From IMG/VR virus record IMGVR_UViG_3300036886_000363, positions 1-64,000 of that record: a stretch of 64,000 bases of DNA; one strand, 5' to 3'. Below, in pieces: positions 53,989-62,795 of the stretch. The position numbers and the translations under genes were made by a program. The notes under the pieces are model-generated. The model saw only the letters and a program-made list of their open reading frames with translations, did not search any database and was not told the origin of the DNA. Numbering within the stretch: the first letter of the stretch is position 1; each line of letters opens with the position of its first letter. This DNA comes from a virus.

Positions 53989-54647
53989 TGAACGTTACTC
54001 AGGAAATATTGCTGAAACTTCTCAATCCGACTATTGCAAAAAAACAAGTCGCATCTGGAGGATTGTTAGTATCCGGACAAGCTCAGACAATTGAGAAGAT
54101 GAAACAGATCGCATCTGGAGGCCTGACGATATCAGGGAGTCCGAGATATCTTTCAAAGATGGTCTGTTCTGCGACGGGAGGGATCAATGTCGGAGGGGCA
54201 GCGGGATTCCTTGCAAAATTGGCATGTTCTCCTTCTGGAGGACTCTTTATATCCGGACATGCTCTTGCGACTATACTTCAGGATTTTGTTGCTATCGGAC
54301 AGGGAGGATTGCTTGTTTCCGGGCAGGCGAGTTATCGCTTAAAGCCTTCAGCCTTTAATTATATCGGATCCGGAGAGTTAGATATTGCCGGCATTTCTCA
54401 GATTGCATTCATATTGAAACAGATTACCGAAGGAGAGATTGATGTAAGCGGTCATGCTCTCTATGCCCATAATGTCGGCAAGATGAAATTTGGAGTTGTT
54501 GTTGATTGCCCATTTGCAAAAGCTCGTGTGATAACGATGACCGGCAGTGCAAGGGTGGTATCTCCGTCGGCAAAGGGAGAAACAATTGTAACTGAAGCGT
54601 CCTCGGAAGTGCTTGCTCCATCCGGGACAGCAAAAATATTAGATTAG
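53988..54647 (+). CDS. Gly-rich repeat virion protein
   Basis: About seven ASGGLxVSGxA-type repeats of roughly 20 aa. Confidence 0.55.
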   Translation: MNVTQEILLKLLNPTIAKKQVASGGLLVSGQAQTIEKMKQIASGGLTISGSPRYLSKMVCSATGGINVGGAAGFLAKLACSPSGGLFISGHALATILQDFVAIGQGGLLVSGQASYRLKPSAFNYIGSGELDIAGISQIAFILKQITEGEIDVSGHALYAHNVGKMKFGVVVDCPFAKARVITMTGSARVVSPSAKGETIVTEASSEVLAPSGTAKILD

Positions 54648-54659
54648 GAGGGATTGAAA

Positions 54660-55067
54660 ATGACATTACTTGCTCCCAATGTTGGTGATGCGCAACTTCT
54701 GGGAATCGCATTGAATAAGAATGCTCAGGAGAACCAGATATTGAAGCTATTTACAAATAATAAAGTCCCGGCAAAGGGAGATACCGCCGCCAACTATACA
54801 GAAGCTGCCGGCAATGGATATGCGGCAATCCCTCTCACCGGAGCAAACTGGTCGATTGCCCTTGCCGGATCCCCGTCTGTTGAAACGGCTTCATACGCGA
54901 TGCAGGAATTTGATTTCACCGGGGCGCTCGGAAATGTCTACGGCTATTTTATTGTCGGAGCGATCTCCGGGATACTTCTCTGGGCGGAAGCTTTTACCGG
55001 TGGTCCTTTTAATGTAACCGGATCCCAGACACCGATCCAAGTAACACCGCAGATCACATTGAATTGA
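54660..55067 (+). CDS. putative tail/virion structural protein
   Basis: LKLFTNN...YTEA.GNGYAAI.L...W...YGYF...LLWAE. Confidence 0.55.
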   Translation: MTLLAPNVGDAQLLGIALNKNAQENQILKLFTNNKVPAKGDTAANYTEAAGNGYAAIPLTGANWSIALAGSPSVETASYAMQEFDFTGALGNVYGYFIVGAISGILLWAEAFTGGPFNVTGSQTPIQVTPQITLN

Positions 55068-55075
55068 GGTGAACC

Positions 55076-55423
55076 ATGAGCAGCACACAGCTTCTACCAA
55101 ATGCGAGAGAGCAGAGCAGTTATGGGATCGAGGTTTCGAGTTTTGATTCGGCGGGAAATCCCTGCATCCCAAAGACGATGAATTGGTCTCTCATGGATAA
55201 ACAAAAGAATATCATCAACAGCCGACAGAATGTTCCTATCATCCCCACAGGTGTCTTCACGATCATAACTCTTGAAGGGGATGATCTCCAGATCGTAGAT
55301 CCTACGATGATTGTAGAGAATCGGGTTCTTGTTGTACAGGGAACAAATGATGATATCACGCTTGGCCAGGATTCTCCCTTTGAATATAGTTTCTTATTTG
55401 ATGTGGAAAGCATGGTGACATAA
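55076..55423 (+). CDS. putative virion structural protein
   Basis: ORF track; structural context. Confidence 0.45.
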   Translation: MSSTQLLPNAREQSSYGIEVSSFDSAGNPCIPKTMNWSLMDKQKNIINSRQNVPIIPTGVFTIITLEGDDLQIVDPTMIVENRVLVVQGTNDDITLGQDSPFEYSFLFDVESMVT

Positions 55424-55621
55424 TGCAAGAGAGCTGGACTCCCCGTCGGGCAAAATCGACCTCTTGTATTTGTCCTCGTTGTATGGTCAAACATAGGATG
55501 AAATTGTTTTGGACGGGTGAATTGCCAGCTCGCAAGTTTTGCAATAGTTGTAATCAGATCGCGGAGAGAGATTATACTCCAGATTCTCTTTCAATCAGCC
55601 CAGATATACTGGAGGTTATGA

Positions 55622-56662
55622 ATGCTTCTTTATGATTTCTTGAAAGGTCTTCCCGGAAGCAGATATTTGAAAACCAGAGATGCTGGTTTCAAGGAGGAAG
55701 AGCATCCTCGTGGACAGCCGAATAATCCCGGGCAATTTGTTGAAGGGGGAGGATCGAGTTCATCCGGATCCGAGGAGTCTGAATCAAAGAAGGAAGAATC
55801 ACAGTCACAGGAGAAGAGTAACGAAGAGAAACTGAAAGAGGCGAGAAAGGCTCACAAGGAAGCGCGGGAGAAAAATGATTTTGATGAAATGGTAAAACAT
55901 CGAAAGACCATAAATGAACTCGAAAAAGTATTGGCTCCTCCTCCTACAGAGATCGGCAAGACGACATGGGAAGAACAGGCAAAGAGACAGGTCGCGAATA
56001 GATATATCAAGGCCAACTTCAATATTAATAGTGTCTCTGGATCAATCGAGCAGGTCAATGCAACTGGCAGTCATTTATCGAAGCTTTGTAATCAATTCCC
56101 GGAAGTGCATTTCCAGTTAAAGAAACATCGTATGAGTTTTATTAAGTATCAGGGAGAGAATGAAGTTCTTAAATCGAGATATGGACATGAAATGGGAAGA
56201 AGATCTCGGGGAGTTTATGAGGACAAAACGGGAGATGGTGCAATGCCTGCAATTACAATGAAGGCTTTGAAAAGAAGAGATGCACTTAAATTTGATACAG
56301 ATGCTGGCAAGGTTGGATATGTTTTTGGCTCGGAGAATAATGGGCACAGCGATGGAGATGTTTTGAATCATGAATTAGGCCACCACATGATGTTTTGCAT
56401 AGGTAAAAAAGCCCGAAGAGAATGGTATGATGTTTGTGAAAAAATGGGAGGGTCTATTGCTCTGGAAAAGACAGTTTCAAAGTATGCTGGAACAATAATA
56501 AAAGCAACTCCAATGGGAGTTGATAGAAATCCGGAAGATTGGTATCAGGAAGGATTTGCAGAGAGTTTCGCAAAATTTACAAATCCTAATTATAAGAAAG
56601 GCAATCTGCCTCAATCAATTGAAAATTATATGACCAAGTATTTTAAAAAGGACAAATCATGA
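55622..56662 (+). CDS. head-associated zinc metallopeptidase-like protein with shared leader and EEEHPRG motif
   Basis: MLLYDFLKGL...TRDA, FKEEEHPRGQPNNPGQF; HELGHH, VSKYA, EGFAESF. Confidence 0.75.
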   Translation: MLLYDFLKGLPGSRYLKTRDAGFKEEEHPRGQPNNPGQFVEGGGSSSSGSEESESKKEESQSQEKSNEEKLKEARKAHKEAREKNDFDEMVKHRKTINELEKVLAPPPTEIGKTTWEEQAKRQVANRYIKANFNINSVSGSIEQVNATGSHLSKLCNQFPEVHFQLKKHRMSFIKYQGENEVLKSRYGHEMGRRSRGVYEDKTGDGAMPAITMKALKRRDALKFDTDAGKVGYVFGSENNGHSDGDVLNHELGHHMMFCIGKKARREWYDVCEKMGGSIALEKTVSKYAGTIIKATPMGVDRNPEDWYQEGFAESFAKFTNPNYKKGNLPQSIENYMTKYFKKDKS

Positions 56663-56862
56663 TCGGAGAACCGAATTGTTATAAGCGTAAATGCAAATGG
56701 CTAAGAGGAGTGATTCAACCAGAGGGGACAGAAAAAGATGAGTCTCCGTCTTGTAAAGCTTTCCCAGAGGGGATCCCCGACGAGATAGCATACGGAGATA
56801 ATAAACATTTGGCTCCGATCAAAGGACAGAAAAACGACATTGTCTACGAGAAGGAGAAGTAA
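56659..56862 (+). CDS. small Cys-rich partner protein
   Basis: CYKRKCKW...CKAFPEGIPDEI...H..P; translationally coupled to the peptidase. Confidence 0.65.
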   Translation: MIGEPNCYKRKCKWLRGVIQPEGTEKDESPSCKAFPEGIPDEIAYGDNKHLAPIKGQKNDIVYEKEK

Positions 56863-57432
56863 ATGCTTCTCTATGATTTCCTAAAAGGATTGAAGGGCAG
56901 CAAGTATCTCAAGACAAGAGATGCGATGTCGATTCCCTTCACTCCCGAGCATTTTAGTGAAGAGTGGAAAGCAGATCAGAAGAAGGTTTTGAAAGAGACT
57001 TATCCAGATTTGAGTGAGGATGACTCCCTTCACGAGATCAACTTTCAAGGACTGACGATCTCGATAGAGAATCCGGAGGGATCAACCCGGGAAGGCACGA
57101 AGCCTGACGGCTCTCCATGGCAGACAAAATTCTTTCATCCATATGGCTTTATAAAACATACATTAGGAGTTGATGGGGATGAGGTTGATTGTTTCATCGG
57201 CCCGAATCCGACATCACAGAATGTTTATATCATCCATCAGAGGATTAATGGAAAGTATGATGAAGATAAGGTCATGCTGGGCTTCGATGATGAGGAGCAT
57301 GCAAGAGATGCCTATTTGGCGCACTATGACACCCAGCAGAGGTTAGGCCCTATTACATTCATGCCGTTCAGCCAATTCAAGGAAGTTCTTGAAGAGAAGG
57401 GCAAAGCAGGAATCAAACTAAAAGAGGATTAA
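56863..57432 (+). CDS. inorganic-pyrophosphatase-like domain protein with shared leader
   Basis: MLLYDFLKGL...TRDA; IENPEGSTREG, YGFIKHTLGVDGDEVDCFIG, YDEDKVMLGF. Confidence 0.8.
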   Translation: MLLYDFLKGLKGSKYLKTRDAMSIPFTPEHFSEEWKADQKKVLKETYPDLSEDDSLHEINFQGLTISIENPEGSTREGTKPDGSPWQTKFFHPYGFIKHTLGVDGDEVDCFIGPNPTSQNVYIIHQRINGKYDEDKVMLGFDDEEHARDAYLAHYDTQQRLGPITFMPFSQFKEVLEEKGKAGIKLKED

Positions 57433-57435
57433 TCA

Positions 57436-60207
57436 ATGTCAAAAAAGAAGACAAAAGATTCAACGCCGGATTTCAAGAGAGATTTTGTTGAACCAATAAG
57501 AAGAGCAGCAGACAATATCGGAGGAGTATTGCCTCCACAACTTGTCTCTTCAGCTCTCCCTCTCTTGCAGCCTTATCCTGTAATTACTCAACCTCCGGTC
57601 TGGAGAAAAAGATATGGTGTAGATGATTCTGTCCCCAAAGATGCGACATTGAAACAATCATCGATGGCAACAGACAGCTTCGCAAATTTTACTGCTCGTC
57701 TGGGGATCCAGGCCAGCAATATATCTTCTACGGCAGGATATGCACTCGGACCTTTCATCACGAGAAACAGAATCGCTCTTGAAGCAGCTTATCGTGATAG
57801 TTGGGTTGTCGGGAAGGCGATTGATTGCATCGCCGAAGACATGACTCAAGCTGGGATTTCGATGCATTCCAAATTGAAACCAGCGGAGATCAAAGATATG
57901 CAAGTTGCTATCAGCGAATTCAAGATATGGCATGATCTGGGAATGGCGATCAAGTGGGCAAGACTTTATGGAGGTTGTCTTGCTGTCATGATGATAGACG
58001 GACATAATTATGAAGCTCCTCTCGACATTACAAGAGTCGGGAAAGATAAATTCAAGGGGCTTGTTGTCCTTGATAGATGGATGGTTCAACCCAGTATGGG
58101 AGAGTTAATAACCGATCTGGGAACGGATATTGGCATGCCGAAATTCTATCAGGCGATGCCGGGGGTCTCTACTTTCCCATCAAAGAAGATCCACCATACA
58201 CGCTGTCTCCGATTTGACGGGATCGAGCTTCCTTATTATCAGAAATTGTTTGAAAATCTCTGGGGATTGTCTGTCGTCGAAAGATGCCTCGATCGTCTTC
58301 TGGCCTTCGATTCTGCAACTCAGGGTGCTGCCCAGTTGTTGTATAAATCTCATCTCCGGGTTATCAGGGTGAAGGATTTTCGTCTTGCCCTTGCTGCAGG
58401 TGGCAATCAGGAAGAGGCCATGATGAAGATGTTCATGTATATCCGGTCAATGCAGACAAATGAAGGATTGACAGTCCTTGATGCTGAAGACGAATTTGCG
58501 ACTCATTCATATACCTTTGCAGGTGTGTCGGATGCCCTCCAGCAGTTCGGCCAGCAGATCGCCGGTTCTATTGATACTCCTCTCGTCAGGTTATTTGGAC
58601 AGAGTCCTGCCGGATTCAGTACGGGAGATACCGACATAAGAAACTATTATGACGGGATTAAGAAGAGACAGGAGAACGATCTCCGTCCCCGGCTTGATCC
58701 ATTGCTTGCAGTCATAGCGATGTCGAGGTTAGGCCATGCCCTCCCCGATGACTTTGAATTCAAGTTTATCCCATTATGGCAAATGTCTGAGAATGAAAAA
58801 TCAGAGATTGCAGGCAAGGTTGTTGATACGGTTGTCAAGGCAAAGGATGCCGGGTTAATCCCTCTGCATACCGCGATGAAAGAGTTGCAGGAATCTTCCC
58901 GGATAACTGGAGTATTTACAAATATAACCGATGAGGATATTGAAGAAGCCGAGAATAATCCTCCTGAAGCTCCGATGCCGGGAGCACCCGGTGCTGAGGG
59001 CGGGCCAGAAGGAGGAGAGAAGAAGCCAGATGAAACAAAAGGAGCCGAAAAGCCAAATGAGAGACTCGGAGCTGCGGATCCCGATGTTGAAAAGGAGAAG
59101 ATTCCTGAAAAAGAAACTCAAGATGTCGGGAGATCATCTGTTAGAGATATTTTTAATATTTGGAGAGAGAAGAGAAGGAAGATATTAAATTCTCTTGATA
59201 CGATTTTTAAAGAGGAAGAACATCCCAGAGGATCAGGGGAGAAAGGCGGGCAGTTTGTCAGCAAGGGGGAAGGTGGAACATCGGGAAAGAAGGAAGGAGA
59301 AGGTAAAGAATCTAAAGCGGGAACACAGACAGTCAAGCGCACTAAGTCTACCCAGTCTTTTGAAGAGACGAAACGGGATAAAGAAGGCAAGGTCGTATTG
59401 TCATCGGGCAAGCCTCTTCCAAAGCATATGGTTAATACCTATATAGCACCGGCGTGGGAAAATGTCCTTATTAATCCCGATCCCAAAGGAGACTTGTGGG
59501 CTGTTGGTCATAACAAGGAAGGTAAAATTGTTGGCTGGGTCTATAGTGATGAGCATAATAGTGGGAAGGACATTGCTAAGGATAGTATGTACCAAGAGCT
59601 GAGAAAGCAATATACGTCTATCGTTCAACAGCTCAATAACGATTATAAGGATAAGGATAAAAAGGAGTCAGCTTTCGTTACAAAGATAATAGCTAACACT
59701 GGTGCAAGGATAGGCAGTCAGAAAGAAGCTATCGGCATAAAGGGGATAAAAACTTACGGCGCATCGACGCTAGAAGCGAGACATATAGTTGCTGAGAAAG
59801 ACGGTACGGTTAAATTAGATTTTATTGGTAAAGACGCCAAGCGTAATATCTACACTGTTACAGATAAGAAGGTTGCCGATGAGTTGAAGAGTTTGGTAGC
59901 AGGTAAGAAGCCTGCGGATAATTTATTTGCTGCCAATTATAATATGTGTCTTAATTATGTCAAGTCTCTTGATGGTGGAGGATTTACTCCTAAGAGTTTT
60001 AGGCTTAAGATAGCGACGGACTTAGCATTGCAAACAATGAAGACAATGGGAGCGCCAACAGATCCAAAAGATTATAAGAAGAAGGTTTTGGCGGTTGCCA
60101 AAACAGTAGCCGAACAATTAAATAATACTCCAGCAATAGCTTTGAAGCAGTATATAGTCGCAAGTATATGGACTGACTGGAAGACTAAAGCCGGAGTCGG
60201 GGTATAA
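57436..60207 (+). CDS. portal protein (DUF1073-like) fused to C-terminal DNA topoisomerase IB
   Basis: YRDSWVVGKAIDCIAEDM, WARLYGG, IHHTRCLRFDG, PLVRLFGQSPAG, FIPLWQMS; then PAW, GARIG, LDFIGKD, PKSFR, LNNTPAIALKQYI. Confidence 0.88.
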   Translation: MSKKKTKDSTPDFKRDFVEPIRRAADNIGGVLPPQLVSSALPLLQPYPVITQPPVWRKRYGVDDSVPKDATLKQSSMATDSFANFTARLGIQASNISSTAGYALGPFITRNRIALEAAYRDSWVVGKAIDCIAEDMTQAGISMHSKLKPAEIKDMQVAISEFKIWHDLGMAIKWARLYGGCLAVMMIDGHNYEAPLDITRVGKDKFKGLVVLDRWMVQPSMGELITDLGTDIGMPKFYQAMPGVSTFPSKKIHHTRCLRFDGIELPYYQKLFENLWGLSVVERCLDRLLAFDSATQGAAQLLYKSHLRVIRVKDFRLALAAGGNQEEAMMKMFMYIRSMQTNEGLTVLDAEDEFATHSYTFAGVSDALQQFGQQIAGSIDTPLVRLFGQSPAGFSTGDTDIRNYYDGIKKRQENDLRPRLDPLLAVIAMSRLGHALPDDFEFKFIPLWQMSENEKSEIAGKVVDTVVKAKDAGLIPLHTAMKELQESSRITGVFTNITDEDIEEAENNPPEAPMPGAPGAEGGPEGGEKKPDETKGAEKPNERLGAADPDVEKEKIPEKETQDVGRSSVRDIFNIWREKRRKILNSLDTIFKEEEHPRGSGEKGGQFVSKGEGGTSGKKEGEGKESKAGTQTVKRTKSTQSFEETKRDKEGKVVLSSGKPLPKHMVNTYIAPAWENVLINPDPKGDLWAVGHNKEGKIVGWVYSDEHNSGKDIAKDSMYQELRKQYTSIVQQLNNDYKDKDKKESAFVTKIIANTGARIGSQKEAIGIKGIKTYGASTLEARHIVAEKDGTVKLDFIGKDAKRNIYTVTDKKVADELKSLVAGKKPADNLFAANYNMCLNYVKSLDGGGFTPKSFRLKIATDLALQTMKTMGAPTDPKDYKKKVLAVAKTVAEQLNNTPAIALKQYIVASIWTDWKTKAGVGV

Positions 60208-60216
60208 GGAGGCGTT

Positions 60217-60375
60217 ATGGAAGATTATCCAGAGACACAATACGGAAATATTAGAACAGATAAATTTGATTGGCGCAAGTATAGTAACGATACGGATGAC
60301 GATGTTGATGAACCTGCGTCTGCTATGCTAATTAAAATGTTGGGGTTCAATCCCGACGAGGACGAAGAGGAATAA
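60217..60375 (+). CDS. small acidic protein downstream of the TopIB domain (52 aa)
   Basis: Manual translation MEDYPETQYG...FDWRKYSNDTDDDVDE...MLGFNPDEDEEE; AGGAGG RBS. Confidence 0.6.
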   Translation: MEDYPETQYGNIRTDKFDWRKYSNDTDDDVDEPASAMLIKMLGFNPDEDEEE

Positions 60376-60545
60376 TGTACACCCTCCCATACAGAACGAC
60401 AGAAGCTCCCAAAGATGAGAAGGCCTATAAAAAAGCGGTTCTCAAGGTTGCAAAAGAGGTCGCAGCCAAACTCGGCAATACTCCTGCAGTTGCTCTGAAG
60501 GCCTATATTAGTCCTGTAGTTTTTGCGCAATGGAGGACAAAGTAA
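60375..60545 (+). pseudogene. orphan second TopIB C-terminal fragment (56 aa)
   Basis: MYTLPYRTTEAPKDEKAYKKAVLKVAKEVAAKLGNTPAVALKAYISPVVFAQWRTK aligns with the portal-TopIB C-terminus. Confidence 0.75.
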
Positions 60546-60997
60546 TGTTGCTCACCGATATGAGGATAAGGAAGGGAAGATTCATACAAAAAGATGCTGA
60601 AGAGGTTTACAAAGGAATCGGCTCTTTATTGGGAGAAGCAGGTCATGTTGAATCTGGATTAATCGAATTATTCGCCGATAACAAAAAAGTGAAAGATAGC
60701 GAGATTCATAAAATGGCTGAACAACTGGGTTGGGAGGCTGATAAATTGGAAGAGATGGTTTATTCCCTCCTTCAGTCATTCCTTTCTCAGGGCAAGTTTA
60801 TGAAGGAGGGGCAGGGCAAACAATTCGATGATAAAGAAGTTGAGATGGGAAAGAAAGTCGAGCTTGAACATACAAACAATCCCATTCTCTCATTGAGAAT
60901 AACATTGGATCATTTAACAGAGATACCAGACTACTATACTCGATTGGCGCAGATGGAGAAAGAAGGGAAGGCGGCAATGAAGGGAGGACAAGAATAA
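60545..60997 (+). CDS. DUF5661-like head-region protein with shared leader
   Basis: Start MLLTDMRIRKGRFIQKDA (TAATG overlap); EVEMGKKVELEHT...DHLTEIPDYYTRL. Confidence 0.7.
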   Translation: MLLTDMRIRKGRFIQKDAEEVYKGIGSLLGEAGHVESGLIELFADNKKVKDSEIHKMAEQLGWEADKLEEMVYSLLQSFLSQGKFMKEGQGKQFDDKEVEMGKKVELEHTNNPILSLRITLDHLTEIPDYYTRLAQMEKEGKAAMKGGQE

Positions 60998-61749
60998 TGG
61001 CAGACCTGATTCAAGACTTACCGGAAGCTCCTTTTCAAAAGTCAAAGGCGATCCAGGAGGAGTATGCCCGTGCTCTGAGAGGGGTATCCAGACAAGTTGG
61101 AAATTTAATTAAAGGTTACAACCCGACCGATCCTCTTTCAGCAGAGAGGTTAAGGAAAGCGCTGAGAGCTTATTCAGAACTTATTGGGCCATGGGCAGAG
61201 ACAATCAGCAAAAGGATCCTTGTGGCTGTCAACAATCAAGATTACAATGCTTGGAGGCAGCATAGCCGGGAAATGTCCCTCAAGATGAGGCAAGAGATAT
61301 TGTCGTCAAATGTGGGCGAGACCTTTCAAAGACTCATGAGGGAGAATGTCGAACTCATCAAATCGATACCTTTGAAGGCTGCAGAGAGAGTCCATGAATT
61401 GGTCACAGAGAATCTTATGCAGAGCGCCCGGGCAGATGAGATATCACAGAAGATAATGGAGTCCGAGAAGGTATCCAAAGTGGTCGCAACCCGGATTGCC
61501 CGGACAGAGATTGCAAGAGCATCGAGTACTTTGCTTCAATCAAGGGCTTTGTCTATTGGGAGTACGGGCTACATTTGGAAGACCTCTAAAGATTTGTTAG
61601 TTAGGAAATCACACAAGATAATGGAAGGCAAATTTATTAAGTGGAATGATCCGCCAAAACTAAGTGATGGTACGATAACCCATGCCGGGCAAATTTACAA
61701 TTGCAGATGCTGGCCGGATGTTCAAATTCCTGAAGGAAATTATTCATGA
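60997..61749 (+). CDS. phage head morphogenesis protein (MuF / SPP1 gp7 family)
   Basis: RIARTE, YIWKTSKD..VRKSH, HAGQIYNCRC. Confidence 0.9.
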   Translation: MADLIQDLPEAPFQKSKAIQEEYARALRGVSRQVGNLIKGYNPTDPLSAERLRKALRAYSELIGPWAETISKRILVAVNNQDYNAWRQHSREMSLKMRQEILSSNVGETFQRLMRENVELIKSIPLKAAERVHELVTENLMQSARADEISQKIMESEKVSKVVATRIARTEIARASSTLLQSRALSIGSTGYIWKTSKDLLVRKSHKIMEGKFIKWNDPPKLSDGTITHAGQIYNCRCWPDVQIPEGNYS

Positions 61750-62411
61750 AATATGAACTTTATAATTTAATCTTTCTGAATGGGAAAAGATACATTGGAA
61801 TTTCTCAGGATTCAAAGAAAAGATTTGTAACCCATAAAGCGCTTGCGAGAAGTGGATATCCTCAAGCTGTTTATAGAGCAATTAGAAAATATGGAGATAA
61901 TTCAGTCAAACTTAAAATTTTGGCTGTTGGAGAAAAGGATTATATTCTTGAAATGGAAAAGAAAGCTATTTTTATTTTTAAAACAATGAATAAGAAGTTT
62001 GGGTATAATATGTCTCCCGGAGGAGAAATAAGTCCTGTTGCTGGCATTGGTCATTCGAAGAAGAGTAAAAGAAAAATGAGCATCTCTCAAAAAAATAGAA
62101 TTCATACTCCAGAAGAAATTGCTAAGATGGCTGCTTCTTTAAAGGGAAGAGTTTTTTCAGAAGAACATAAAGAGAAGTTAAGCTTTGCCGCCTCCAAAAG
62201 AAAGATCCCAGAACAGATAAGAACAAAAATAAGTGCTTCTTTAAAAGGAAATATCCCGTGGAATAAAGGGATCCCTCGTTCTAATGAAGTTAAAAGAAGA
62301 ATATCTGATTCTTTAAAAGGACATTCAGCGACGATTGGTTTTACTGGCAGAAAACATTCTGAAGAAACAAAACAGAGAATGAGAGAATCTCATTTGAAAA
62401 GGGTTGCGTAA
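61746..62411 (+). CDS. GIY-YIG homing endonuclease with NUMOD3 repeats
   Basis: LYNL...KRYIGIS...R...H, E, GYNMSPGG; HSEETKQRM-type repeats; AT-rich. Confidence 0.85.
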   Translation: MKYELYNLIFLNGKRYIGISQDSKKRFVTHKALARSGYPQAVYRAIRKYGDNSVKLKILAVGEKDYILEMEKKAIFIFKTMNKKFGYNMSPGGEISPVAGIGHSKKSKRKMSISQKNRIHTPEEIAKMAASLKGRVFSEEHKEKLSFAASKRKIPEQIRTKISASLKGNIPWNKGIPRSNEVKRRISDSLKGHSATIGFTGRKHSEETKQRMRESHLKRVA

Positions 62412-62426
62412 ATAGGAGGGAGTGAA

Positions 62427-62792
62427 ATGTTGCTCAGTGATTTTTTATCCAAAGGCGTCAAGAACGGGATGTATGCAAAGACAAAAGAGGGGAAGGCTTT
62501 TGCCCGGGATGCCTCAATATTAAAATCAAATAAAGACTCCGACATCATAATCAATATTAATGTTGGAGAAGGAGATCAGCCCGGGCCAGAGATCATAGCG
62601 GCAGAGAATGTTGAAATCCCCGCAGAGACACCGACCAATACAGAGGGCACAGAGTATAAGGGATATACAATCAAGCAAGAGAATGATGGCAGATTTCTTA
62701 TCTACTCGATTGGCGGTGCACTGATAACCGAAGCGGCTTCCCTTGAGCTTGCCATGAATATCATTAATGGAATGGCGATAGATGGAGAATAA
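62427..62792 (+). CDS. head-region protein with shared leader
   Basis: MLLSDFLSKG...FARDA; C-terminal EYKGYTI. Confidence 0.6.
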   Translation: MLLSDFLSKGVKNGMYAKTKEGKAFARDASILKSNKDSDIIININVGEGDQPGPEIIAAENVEIPAETPTNTEGTEYKGYTIKQENDGRFLIYSIGGALITEAASLELAMNIINGMAIDGE

Positions 62793-62795
62793 AAT

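Noticed and set aside
57436-58950. Anti-CBASS Acb1 nuclease call for the DUF1073 region
   Set aside because: No pair of HxT/S 2H-phosphoesterase motifs was recognised; motifs and position near TerL and MuF indicate a portal.
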